From positions 32,722 to 96,721 of the forward strand of contig JAGAIP010000002.1 of assembly GCA_017626495.1 (NCBI GenBank): a stretch of 64,000 nucleotides of DNA. Reading direction: 5' to 3'. The notes under the pieces were generated by a model. That model worked only from the letters and a program-made list of their open reading frames with translations. It had not been told where the DNA came from and did no database searches. The stretch's first letter is position 1. Each line of letters opens with the position of its first letter. The position numbers were made by a program, and so were the translations under genes. Source of the DNA: Clostridia bacterium. GTDB lineage: Bacteria > Bacillota > Clostridia > Christensenellales > Borkfalkiaceae. Below are positions 8,977 through 17,816 of this stretch, piece by piece.

Positions 8977-10425
8977 CTAAATTTTTACGTCGCCTTTCTG
9001 TCCGAGAAGGGATCTATTCTCTTCCAGAATGGGATCGATTTCCGTCTCGATAAATTCCACCGTCTGAACGGGAGCGCGTCCGACAAAGTTTCTCGCGTCC
9101 AGAATTCCGTCGAGGCGGTCTTTTACGGCGTCGAACATGGGATCGGCTTTGATGAGATCGATGAGGTTGTTCTCTTTTCCCTCTACCTTGACGTTTCTTC
9201 CCGCTTCCATAGAGAGAACCCTGATCCGCTCATGCAGTTCCTGTCTGTTTCCGCCTGCCTTGACGCATTCCATCATGATGTTTTCGGTCGCCATGAAGGG
9301 AAGTTCCGCTCTGAGGTGCTTTGCGATGACCTTGTCGTAGACGACCATATTTTCCGCTACGTTCATATAAATGTTGAGAATCGCATCGACGGCAAGGAAT
9401 GCCTGCGCATTCGCGATACGGCGGTTAGCGGAGTCGTCGAGCGTTCTCTCCATCCACTGCGTAGACGCGGTGATCGCGCTGTTCATGGGAAGAGAAATGA
9501 CGTATCTCGCAAGTCCGCCGATTCTCTCCGAGCGCATGGGATTTCTCTTGTACGCCATGGCGGACGAACCGATCTGAGATTTTTCGAACGGCTCTTCGAT
9601 CTCCTTCATGCTTTGCAGAATGCGGACGTCGTTAGAGAACTTATAGGCGCTCTGCGCGATCTGCGAGAGGACGCAAAGAACGTTATAATCGAATTTTCTC
9701 GGATACGTCTGCCCCGTCACGCCGTATACTTTTTCGTAACCGAGCTTGGAAACGACTCTCCTTTCGAGCTCCTTGACTTTCTCGTGATCTCCTTCAAAGA
9801 GATCGAGAAAGCTTGCCTGCGTACCCGTCGTACCCTTTACGCCGCGGAGTTTGACGTGGGATTTGAGATCCATGAGATTATGATAGTCCATGGAAAGATC
9901 TTGAAGCCAAAGCGTGGCGCGCTTGCCGACGGTCGTGAGCTGCGCGGGCTGTAAATGCGTAAAGCCGAGCGTAGGTTGATCTTTATAGGTAAGCGCAAAG
10001 CGTTTCAGCTTATCCATGACGTTGACGAGCTTTTTGATGATGATGTCGAGCGCGTCGTCGATCATGATGACTTCGGCGTTGCAGTTGACGTAACAGCTGG
10101 TTGCGCCGAGGTGAATGATGGGCATCGCCTTGGGCGCTTGCGCCCCGTACGCCTTGACGTGCGCCATGACGTCGTGACGGACTTCTCTCTCATACTGTTC
10201 CGCAAGTTCAAAGTTAATGTCTTCCGCGTGCGCTTTGAGCTCGTCGATCTGCTCTTGCGTAATGTTGAGTCCCATTTCCATTTCAGACTCCGCAAGGGCG
10301 ATCCAAAGCTTTCTCCAAAGCTTGAAACGCTTTTCGTCGGAGAATGCGCGCGCCATTTCACGGGACGCGTATCTCGTAATCAAAGGGTTCTGATAAACGC
10401 TGTTATCTATCATATCGTTCTCCAC
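8977..10425 (-). CDS. purB: adenylosuccinate lyase
   Basis: 482 aa; fumarate-lyase signature GSSAMAYKRNPMRSE and typical PurB length. Confidence 0.9.
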   Translation of the reverse strand: MENDMIDNSVYQNPLITRYASREMARAFSDEKRFKLWRKLWIALAESEMEMGLNITQEQIDELKAHAEDINFELAEQYEREVRHDVMAHVKAYGAQAPKAMPIIHLGATSCYVNCNAEVIMIDDALDIIIKKLVNVMDKLKRFALTYKDQPTLGFTHLQPAQLTTVGKRATLWLQDLSMDYHNLMDLKSHVKLRGVKGTTGTQASFLDLFEGDHEKVKELERRVVSKLGYEKVYGVTGQTYPRKFDYNVLCVLSQIAQSAYKFSNDVRILQSMKEIEEPFEKSQIGSSAMAYKRNPMRSERIGGLARYVISLPMNSAITASTQWMERTLDDSANRRIANAQAFLAVDAILNIYMNVAENMVVYDKVIAKHLRAELPFMATENIMMECVKAGGNRQELHERIRVLSMEAGRNVKVEGKENNLIDLIKADPMFDAVKDRLDGILDARNFVGRAPVQTVEFIETEIDPILEENRSLLGQKGDVKI

Positions 10426-10430
10426 CGTAA

Positions 10431-11165
10431 TTATTTTTCAATGATGTCTTTGAGATTTTTAAGAAGTCCGTCCAGATGATACTGCAACCCCTCTTTGAGT
10501 TCTTCCATCGTGACGAATCGCACGAATTTCGGACGGATTTTGTGTTGTTCTCTCCACTCGGTAACGGAAGTTTTCATTTTCTCGAAGTTGACGACGATGC
10601 TGTGTTTCTTTGCAAACGCGCGAATGCGCATGGACAAATCGACGGACTGCGCAAAGTCGACGAGCGCGATTCCTCCTAACAGACCGATCAGGAGCAAGCT
10701 CCATTGCCACGAAGCGCAGAGCTCGACGTACTTGACCGCAATCGGATCGATCAGAAAATAATAGAGCACCGCGACGATTCCCCAAAAGAGAGAATAGAGC
10801 GGACAAATGACGCCCTGAATGTTCCCCCATTGGTCGGAATAATCCCAAAGCTTGATTCCGAGCCCCTTGATAAAAACGATACCCCCGACGTACTCGATGA
10901 GCGTCATGCCCAGAATCATGATTGCAAGAATACAGACGGTCGCCCACCACGTCTGCGGAAAGACCATACAGAGAATACGTTTGATTTCGTAAAGCCCCGC
11001 AAGTCCGAATCCGTAGATGGGAAGAATCGGTCCTTTCAAAAATCCGGGGTTGATCCACTTATGTTCTTTCCTGTGCGAAACAAAGCGTCTCCAAAAAACC
11101 TCCATGATCCAACCGAGAAATCCGCCTGTAAAAAACAAAGATGAAATCGCAATAAACTCGTTCAT
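10431..11165 (-). CDS. polytopic membrane protein of unknown function
   Basis: 244 aa with multiple hydrophobic helices and no recognisable catalytic motif. Confidence 0.5.
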   Translation of the reverse strand: MNEFIAISSLFFTGGFLGWIMEVFWRRFVSHRKEHKWINPGFLKGPILPIYGFGLAGLYEIKRILCMVFPQTWWATVCILAIMILGMTLIEYVGGIVFIKGLGIKLWDYSDQWGNIQGVICPLYSLFWGIVAVLYYFLIDPIAVKYVELCASWQWSLLLIGLLGGIALVDFAQSVDLSMRIRAFAKKHSIVVNFEKMKTSVTEWREQHKIRPKFVRFVTMEELKEGLQYHLDGLLKNLKDIIEK

Positions 11166-11190
11166 AAACGCCTCAACGGTATTCTAACAT

Positions 11191-11222
11191 AAAAAGGAAT
11201 GTTTTGTCAACATTCCTTTTGC
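11191..11222 (-). terminator. rho-independent terminator after purH
   Basis: AAAAGGAATGTT-ttgtc-AACATTCCTTTT hairpin. Confidence 0.55.
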
Positions 11223-11236
11223 CGTGAAGAATATTT

Positions 11237-12781
11237 TTATCGTTTGAAGTGTCTCATTCCGACGCTGACCATAGCGATATCGTACTTATCGCACGCTTCG
11301 ATAACCGATTTGTCGTCGATGTATCCGCAAGGCTGAATGATCGCCCTGATTCCGGCCTTATGCGCCGCCTCGACGCATTGTACGCTTGCAAGGAACGCAT
11401 CGGACGCCATGACCGCGCCGTTTGCAAGTTCGCCTGCATGACTGAGCGCCTGTTCGACCGCCCAGAATCGGTTGGTCTGTCCCATGCCGATTCCTTTCGT
11501 CTGATCTGCAACGCCGATTACGATCGCGTCTGATTTTGTATGCTTTACCACTTTCCAGTTGAAAAGGAGCGCTTTCATCTCGCTTACGGTGGGAGCGCGC
11601 TTGGTTACGATCTTCAAATCCTCTTCGTTAAAAAGAACGTCGTCATACTCCTGTACCAAAAGTCCGCCGTAAACCTTTCTCGTGTCGAGGGAATCCGCTT
11701 CGCGCTTGACGCGAATATCGGGGAGTTCCAGAATGCGGATATTTTCCTTTCTCGTAAGAATGGACATTGCCTCGGGCGTAAAGCCGACGGCGATGATGAT
11801 CTCAACGTAGATTTTGGAGATCGCCTCCGCCGTTCTCGCGTCGATGATTACGTTTGCGGCGACGACTCCGCCGTAAGTGGAATCGGGATCCGCCTCGTAT
11901 GCTTTGATGAACGCCTCGAAAACGGTGGTTGCGCTGCCGACGCCGACGGGGTTCGCATGCTTGCTGATGACGACGGTAGGTTCTTCGAATTCCTTGATGA
12001 GGCAGAGCGCGTCCTCGGTATCGGAAATATTGTTATAGGAAAGTTCTTTTCCCCAAAGCTGTTTCGCTCCGGGAAGAGAGCCGGGACGCACGAATTCGTC
12101 GATATAGAACGCCGATCTCTGATGAGGATTCTCTCCGTATCTCATTTCCTGCGTCTTTCTGTAAGCAAAGGTTGCGATTTCGGGGAATTTCACGCCGAGC
12201 TGATTTGCGAGGTAGTTGGAAATCACGCTGTCATAGACTGCGGTATGCGCAAAGACCTTATATTGAAGATACTTTTTGAATTCGGTGGAAATACGACCGA
12301 TTGCAAGTTCACAGAGCACTCTCTGATAATCTTTCGGATCGACGATGACCGTGACGTTCGTATAATTTTTTGCCGCAGCGCGCAACATGGAAGGTCCGCC
12401 GACGTCGATGTTGTCGATCGCCTCTTCTACGGAGCAGTTTTTGCGCATGATCGCCTCTTTGAACGGCGTGAGATTGACGACGAGCATGTCGATGGGCGTT
12501 ACGTCCATCTCTGCAAGCGTCTGCATGTGCGCCTGCTTTTCCTTATCCGCAAGCAGCCCTGCATAGACTTTCGGATGCAGCGTTTTGATGATGCCGCCCA
12601 GACATTCTTCCGTGCCCGTCAAAGCGGATACGGGAATGACGTCTACGCCGCCTTCGGACAACACTTTCGCCGTACCGCCCGTAGAAACGATTTCATAGCC
12701 GTATTCCGTAAGATACTTACAAAACTCGACGATGTTCGTCTTGTCGTATACGCTGACCAAAGCTCTTTTTTTCTGTTCCAT
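11237..12781 (-). CDS. purH: bifunctional AICAR transformylase / IMP cyclohydrolase
   Basis: 514 aa. N-terminal MGS-like domain (ALVSVYDKTNIVEFCKYLTEYGYEIVSTGGTAK) followed by an AICARFT domain. Confidence 0.9.
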   Translation of the reverse strand: MEQKKRALVSVYDKTNIVEFCKYLTEYGYEIVSTGGTAKVLSEGGVDVIPVSALTGTEECLGGIIKTLHPKVYAGLLADKEKQAHMQTLAEMDVTPIDMLVVNLTPFKEAIMRKNCSVEEAIDNIDVGGPSMLRAAAKNYTNVTVIVDPKDYQRVLCELAIGRISTEFKKYLQYKVFAHTAVYDSVISNYLANQLGVKFPEIATFAYRKTQEMRYGENPHQRSAFYIDEFVRPGSLPGAKQLWGKELSYNNISDTEDALCLIKEFEEPTVVISKHANPVGVGSATTVFEAFIKAYEADPDSTYGGVVAANVIIDARTAEAISKIYVEIIIAVGFTPEAMSILTRKENIRILELPDIRVKREADSLDTRKVYGGLLVQEYDDVLFNEEDLKIVTKRAPTVSEMKALLFNWKVVKHTKSDAIVIGVADQTKGIGMGQTNRFWAVEQALSHAGELANGAVMASDAFLASVQCVEAAHKAGIRAIIQPCGYIDDKSVIEACDKYDIAMVSVGMRHFKR

Positions 12782-12828
12782 AGTTCCTCCCCGGAATGTT
12801 TTTACTGTTCTGACCCATACTAAACGGG

Positions 12829-13107
12829 ATGATATTCTATTACGTACTCCTCGCCGCCTATCTCGTCGGAGCGAACGTTTACGGATTTTTTCTCGTCAAA
12901 AACGAAAGATACGATCAAGACGGCGGAAACGGAAAACTCTTTCTCGCCGCGATCTTAGGCGGTGCGCTCGCCGTTTACAGTTCCATGTTTATCTTCCGTT
13001 TTCGGTTAAAAAATCCCTTTTTAATGCTGACGATGCCTATTCTCATCGTCTTTAACGTGTTTTTGGCAATTCTGTTATTCCGCGCGGGACAATTCGCAAT
13101 GTTTTGA
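12829..13107 (+). CDS. DUF1294 family small membrane protein
   Basis: 92 aa with pattern Y.F......D..G.......LL..A..GGA.GA...M..FR.K typical of DUF1294. Convergent 33-nt overlap with the next gene. Confidence 0.5.
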   Translation: MIFYYVLLAAYLVGANVYGFFLVKNERYDQDGGNGKLFLAAILGGALAVYSSMFIFRFRLKNPFLMLTMPILIVFNVFLAILLFRAGQFAMF

Positions 13108-13908
13108 CAGCCATTTCGCTACGCTGTCCTCTTCGCTGTATCCGATAACTCCTGTCGAGACGCGTTTCAGCTCCTCTATCGCGTTCAAGACCGCATAGCT
13201 TTCGTCCGCCGCGCCAAACAGTCCGACGTCGTTTTCGCCGTCGCCGAAACAAACGATTCTGTCTGCCCCTACGATGGATTTGAGTTTGAGAGCCGCGTCC
13301 CCCTTGCTCGCCTTTTTCGGCATGATTTCCAGCCAGTAATCGCTCTGATACGTCTCCTGCGTAAAGAGCATGCGGACGCAATCATTCTTTTTCAGATCTC
13401 CGACAAAATGCTCGAAAGACTGTTTCGCGCCGATACAGTTGAAATAAAATACGTTTCCGAGAAAGAGCCGATCAAACGATTCGACGGGATTGAGCCGCTC
13501 GTCTCCCGTTCTTCGACTGAGATACCTTTTCATGCCGTCCGTTTCCGTACCTTTCAGCCAAGACACTTTTTCCGCGCCGTCGATACTTGCGTACACGAAA
13601 GGCGAGATATGATTTTCCCGGAAAAACTTCGTAAAAAAGTCTATTTGCGAAGGCGTAAAATGTTCGACGTCGAAGAGTTTTCCCGTGTGTAAATCCTTGA
13701 TCATCGCCCCGTTGTATAAAATGGCAGGGCAAGCATATTCCAGTCCTACGGTTGCCTTTCTTGCCGTTACCAGCGACCTCGCCGTTGCAAACGTAAAAAG
13801 CATACCGCGTCCGATCAGATCGTTGAGAATATCCAAACTGTACTTTGAAATACGCTCATCTTTGGTCAGTAACGTACCGTCCAAATCGGAAATATATAAG
13901 GTTTTCAA
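13075..13908 (-). CDS. HAD superfamily hydrolase, Cof-like phosphatase
   Basis: ISDLDGTLL N-terminal motif and a GDGENDV C-terminal motif. Confidence 0.75.
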   Translation of the reverse strand: MKTLYISDLDGTLLTKDERISKYSLDILNDLIGRGMLFTFATARSLVTARKATVGLEYACPAILYNGAMIKDLHTGKLFDVEHFTPSQIDFFTKFFRENHISPFVYASIDGAEKVSWLKGTETDGMKRYLSRRTGDERLNPVESFDRLFLGNVFYFNCIGAKQSFEHFVGDLKKNDCVRMLFTQETYQSDYWLEIMPKKASKGDAALKLKSIVGADRIVCFGDGENDVGLFGAADESYAVLNAIEELKRVSTGVIGYSEEDSVAKWLSKHCELSRAE

Positions 13909-14039
13909 TCGAAAATCACCTCAGGGTATTCTTTTTCATCATTTCCGTTATTATTATAGCATAGCAAACGAAAATATTACAACTCAACGCTGTTTTTTCC
14001 GAATCCAAACGCCGTATAGAATGAATTTCACATTTTTTT

Positions 14040-14090
14040 GCAAAAAAATGAAAAAAAGCGGACTTTTTTGTTACTTTTCCGCTTTTTCTA
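14040..14090 (-). terminator. rho-independent terminator after the ABC ATPase gene
   Basis: AAAAAGCGGA ... TCCGCTTTTT hairpin in an A/T-rich intergenic region. Confidence 0.45.
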
Positions 14091-14091
14091 T

Positions 14092-14754
14092 TTATCCGAG
14101 CAAATACTCCGTAACGCGCCTGCGCAACTCGTCCTGCGCTTTGGAGTCCGAAACGCCTGCCTGTAAATCGGCGATCACCCTTCCTTTTTTGAGAATCACG
14201 ATCCTGTGCGCGAGCAAAATTGCCTCTTCTACGTCGTGCGTGACGTAGAGCACCGTCCGTTTCTCCCGTTTCCAAAGATCGCGAAACAGAGAGATGAGTC
14301 TGATTTTCAGAGAGAGATCGAGGGAAGAGAACGGCTCGTCCATTAAAATCGCCTCGGAGGGATATAAAAACGCCCTCGCGATGGCAACGCGCCCTGCCTG
14401 TCCGCCGGAAAGCGTCGAGGGATATGCGTTCTCCTTTTCAGAGAGCGAAAGAAGGCGCAACGTTTCAGAGATGCATTTTCTCTGCTCTTTGGGCAAAACG
14501 AATTCGAGATTTTCCCTTACGGTCAGGTTTTCGATGAGCCTGGGCGTCTGAAAGATATACGAAAGGGTGGGAACGCCCTCGATTTTTCCTTCCGTCTCGA
14601 TCAGCGAGGAGACTGCCTGCAACAGCGTCGTTTTTCCCGCGCCGCTCTCTCCCAGAATGCAGACGATTTCCCCTTGTCTGAATGTGAGAGATACGTCGTC
14701 GAGCGCCGTCTCGCCTAAATACCGCTTTGTAACGTGGGATAACGTTATTTCCAT
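14092..14754 (-). CDS. ABC transporter ATP-binding protein (NitT/TauT-type importer)
   Basis: Walker A GESGAGKTT, LSGGQ signature and Walker B. Likely start is MEITLSHV (the track ORF starts 12 codons earlier). Confidence 0.85.
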   Translation of the reverse strand: MEITLSHVTKRYLGETALDDVSLTFRQGEIVCILGESGAGKTTLLQAVSSLIETEGKIEGVPTLSYIFQTPRLIENLTVRENLEFVLPKEQRKCISETLRLLSLSEKENAYPSTLSGGQAGRVAIARAFLYPSEAILMDEPFSSLDLSLKIRLISLFRDLWKREKRTVLYVTHDVEEAILLAHRIVILKKGRVIADLQAGVSDSKAQDELRRRVTEYLLG

Positions 14755-15506
14755 TTCATCACCGCCTTTCCGACGGAACGGACGATCCATTCCGCAAAAA
14801 CGCCCAAAAGAACCGCCACGAGCGTAAGCGCCATCAACTGCCCCGTTTCAAGCCAGACTTTCGCAGACTGCATCATTCCGCCGACGGAATTTTTCGTAAG
14901 AGCGAGCGCCTCCGCCGCAATGACGAGTTTGAGATTGAGCGAAAGCCCGCTTGCCGTTCCCTCAAACATGCCTTCCGCCATAGACGGAAGGTAAAGTTTG
15001 ACGATCTGTTCCTTTTTAGAGACGCGGTAGAGCTTACACATCTCTTTGAGTTTCGGATCGACCGAACCGATTGCGCCGCAGAACGCGGAATACAGCGTGG
15101 GACAAATTACGATTGCCGCCACGAACACGGGAGCGCCCGTCGGTTTTGTCCAGATGAGCAGGAGCAGAATGACCGACATGGTCGGAATCGAGCGCACGAC
15201 AGCCAAAATCCCCCCTGCCGCCTTGGAAAAAACGGTCGAAAGAGAGGAAAGCACGGCGAGCGACAGGGCGATGACGAAGGAAAAAGCAAAGGCGACGAGG
15301 GAGCGCAGAAGCGTGTTCCCCAAACCCAGCCAAAAGTCCCCCGACGAAAAGAGCCTGAACGTCTCTTTCAGCGTAACCCACGGAGTCGGCATAATGAGTT
15401 CCACGCCGATGAAAAGGGAAACGATCCACCAGACGAGGAGCACTCCGAGCGCAACCCACAGCGGAATGAGGGAAGAGAGAACTTTTTTCATCAATCTACG
15501 TTCCAC
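14745..15506 (-). CDS. ABC transporter permease (NitT/TauT family)
   Basis: 253 aa with six predicted TM helices; overlaps both neighbouring genes. Confidence 0.8.
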   Translation of the reverse strand: MERRLMKKVLSSLIPLWVALGVLLVWWIVSLFIGVELIMPTPWVTLKETFRLFSSGDFWLGLGNTLLRSLVAFAFSFVIALSLAVLSSLSTVFSKAAGGILAVVRSIPTMSVILLLLIWTKPTGAPVFVAAIVICPTLYSAFCGAIGSVDPKLKEMCKLYRVSKKEQIVKLYLPSMAEGMFEGTASGLSLNLKLVIAAEALALTKNSVGGMMQSAKVWLETGQLMALTLVAVLLGVFAEWIVRSVGKAVMKWK

Positions 15507-16534
15507 CAGCCCTCGCTGAGCGCAAAGAAAGCCTCAGGAATCTCGATTCCCTGCAAGGGCTTAACGTAGGTAGACAGATTGGAAATATACGTTCTGACCG
15601 TATCGCCGATTCCCTGTCCGTAACCGACGGATAAATTACAACGCGCGATCGTGTCCGCCGTATAGGGTATATTCAAAAGCGCGGTAGAGCCGAGCTCTTC
15701 GAATACGGATTGAAGGTTTTCCGTGTCGGAAATCAGAGAATCGTTGACTTTGCTTAAAGCGGGAATGAGATTCCGATAGATAAACTCCGAATACTGAGCT
15801 CCGAACGAACCTCTCGCAATCATGGACGCCTGAGGATACCCGTTCTCGCCCGTCAGTTTTTTGTACTCCTCCTGCATATCGACCACGATTTTCGACTCCG
15901 TCGCAACGGAAGTCATACATTTCGTGACGGCAGGTTCTCCGAGTACGCCGTACGCCTCTCCCCCCTTCATCTGTGCCTGTTTGATGAGCGGAAGATAGTC
16001 GGAAGCGGCGGTCATGGAATAGAGCGTAACCACGCCGTCCTTCGCCTCGGAACCCATCTCGAACGCGATACCGTTTGCGGCGAGCTCGTATTCGAGGAGC
16101 GCAATCGTCGTTCCCGTTGTGGTGTAGACGACTTTTCCCTTTAAGTCGGAGAGAGACTCCGCCTCACCGTAACCGACTACATATAGGTTTCCCCAAACGT
16201 TTGCGGAAACGTAGGAAATCTCCATTCCCTGCGCGGCGAGCTGAACCGCCGAAACGGTCGGCATGATCGCGAGGTCGCAATCGGGATAAGCGGAAAACAC
16301 CGTTCCGATTTCGGACGCCGCCACAAGCGTGCATTCCACCTCGACGCCCTGCATCTCCTCACTCCGTTTGAGCCCTGCGATCGCCATTGCAGGCGTACCG
16401 TCGGGGGCATAGATATGCACGGACGCAGGTTTTTGAGCGTCGGGCGGATCGGGAGGAACGAGGTTGTTGTCCGAACAACCTGCAAGAAGCGCCGCGCAAA
16501 CGAGCGAAACGATAGGTAACATTGATTTTTTCAT
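15491..16534 (-). CDS. ABC transporter substrate-binding lipoprotein, NMT1/THI5-like
   Basis: Lipoprotein signal MKKSMLPIVSLVCAALLAGCSD, then a periplasmic-binding fold. Confidence 0.7.
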   Translation of the reverse strand: MKKSMLPIVSLVCAALLAGCSDNNLVPPDPPDAQKPASVHIYAPDGTPAMAIAGLKRSEEMQGVEVECTLVAASEIGTVFSAYPDCDLAIMPTVSAVQLAAQGMEISYVSANVWGNLYVVGYGEAESLSDLKGKVVYTTTGTTIALLEYELAANGIAFEMGSEAKDGVVTLYSMTAASDYLPLIKQAQMKGGEAYGVLGEPAVTKCMTSVATESKIVVDMQEEYKKLTGENGYPQASMIARGSFGAQYSEFIYRNLIPALSKVNDSLISDTENLQSVFEELGSTALLNIPYTADTIARCNLSVGYGQGIGDTVRTYISNLSTYVKPLQGIEIPEAFFALSEGWWNVD

Positions 16535-16576
16535 AATAAACTCCTTTTTTGTCTCAGGCGAACCTTCGACATCAAA

Positions 16577-16822
16577 TTAAACTTTCGAAATGAGCGTCTT
16601 TGCCGAAACGCCCTCGATCATACCGAGTTTTCCCGTGAGAGAATTGATGGTAGGCAAGGGAGCGTCTACCACGACTGCGAGCACGTTAACCATTTTTTCG
16701 GGATAGGGAAGTCCCATTCTTCCCTTGATATAGTCGCCATATTCGGCGAGAAGGGCATTGATTTTTTGACTGACCGTTCTATCCTCGACAAAAATACTGA
16801 CGATTGCAAGTCTCGTTTCCAT
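16577..16822 (-). CDS. TM1266-like ACT-fold protein (annotated in databases as putative iron-only hydrogenase system regulator)
   Basis: 81 aa, METRLAIVSIFVEDRTVSQKINALLAEYGDYIKGRMGLPYPEK...; first gene of the ABC operon. Confidence 0.55.
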   Translation of the reverse strand: METRLAIVSIFVEDRTVSQKINALLAEYGDYIKGRMGLPYPEKMVNVLAVVVDAPLPTINSLTGKLGMIEGVSAKTLISKV

Positions 16823-16918
16823 AAAAACTCCCCCACGCTTCGGCGCGTGAGGGCAGAGATATCCTATAAAAACCGCTCACCTGCGCCGTCAGACGAATCT
16901 TTCGAATTAGGCTTTTTA

Positions 16919-16947
16919 AGTATACGGCAATATGAAAAATTTGTCAA
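16919..16947 (-). promoter_or_regulatory. sigma-A promoter (TTGACA-N17-TATACT) for the TM1266-ABC operon, followed by a roughly 100-nt structured leader
   Basis: Minus strand reads TTGACAAATTTTTCATATTGCCGTATACT. The leader contains GGCGCAGGTGAG/CTCACGCGCC and CACGC/GCGTG stems before the RBS GGGGAG. Confidence 0.45.
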
Positions 16948-16948
16948 G

Positions 16949-16972
16949 AAAAAAGAGCCGTGCGGCTCTTCT
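16949..16972 (-). terminator. rho-independent terminator after the macrodomain gene
   Basis: AAGAGCCG-tg-CGGCTCTT hairpin plus a T-run, abutting the -35 of the next promoter. Confidence 0.5.
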
Positions 16973-17814
16973 TAAATATATTTGAGAATGTTCTCGTAAA
17001 TCGCTTTGTCGCGATCGGTGAATACGTCGAAGATCACGCGCATATCCGAACGGTTTCTGTGCAACCAGTTGATTACCGTACCCGTCGCAATCTCCGCCGC
17101 CTCGTCGTTGGGAAATCCGAACACGCCCGTCGCCACGCAACAGAACGCAATCGTCTTTAAGCCGAGTTCGTTTGCAAGGTCGAGACAGGAAATATAGGAA
17201 CTGCGCAGAACGGCTCTGTTCTCGTCCGTGACCGCGCCGCTCATCAAAGGCCCGACCGTATGCAGAACGTAACGGGAAGGAAGATTGTAAGCGCAAGTAA
17301 CTTTGGCGTTCCCTTCCTTTTCGCGTCTGCCCTGAATCGCCATGATTTTTGCGCAATCCGCCCTCATCTGAGGGCCTGCGCCCGAATGAATCACGTTGTC
17401 GATACAGTAATGGTGGGGAATAAAACAGCCGAGGAGAGATCTGTTCGCCGCATTCACGATCGCGTCGGCGTTCAGCCTCGTAATATCGCCCTGCCACATG
17501 GTGATCCCGTTTCCGTACTCGAACGAATTGACGTCCACGATCCCCTTTTCTTTCGTTTCACACCAAAGCAGATGATCCCACTCTTTCAAAAGTTCGCTAT
17601 CAAAAAAGATGGGGTCTCGCTCGTTGAGGTAACCGCGAATGATGTCTCTCTTCTGCGCGTAAGGCACGTTGAATGCGGCAATCTCTCCCCGTTCGGCAAG
17701 AAGATAGTCGATCATGCGATCCGCAAGGTCTTCCCTCTCCTTCATACTCATGGGCGAATCGTCATGCGGATAATCCGATAAAAAAATTCTATCGCGATAG
17801 TAGGAAAAGAGCAT
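16972..17814 (-). CDS. macrodomain (ADP-ribose-binding) protein, variant with Cys/His in place of the Gly-rich loop (zinc-macrodomain-like), with a ~100-aa N-terminal extension
   Basis: GDITRLNADAIVNAANRSLLGCFIPHHYCIDNVIHSGAGPQMR, compared with the canonical NAAN..LLGGGGVDGAIHRAAG loop. Confidence 0.7.
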   Translation of the reverse strand: MLFSYYRDRIFLSDYPHDDSPMSMKEREDLADRMIDYLLAERGEIAAFNVPYAQKRDIIRGYLNERDPIFFDSELLKEWDHLLWCETKEKGIVDVNSFEYGNGITMWQGDITRLNADAIVNAANRSLLGCFIPHHYCIDNVIHSGAGPQMRADCAKIMAIQGRREKEGNAKVTCAYNLPSRYVLHTVGPLMSGAVTDENRAVLRSSYISCLDLANELGLKTIAFCCVATGVFGFPNDEAAEIATGTVINWLHRNRSDMRVIFDVFTDRDKAIYENILKYI

Positions 17815-17816
17815 TA

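Noticed and set aside
16823-16918. TPP riboswitch in the ABC-operon leader (suggested by the NMT1/THI5-type binding protein)
   Set aside because: The conserved CUGAGA and ACCUGAUCUGGAUAAUGCCAGCG-like elements are not present.
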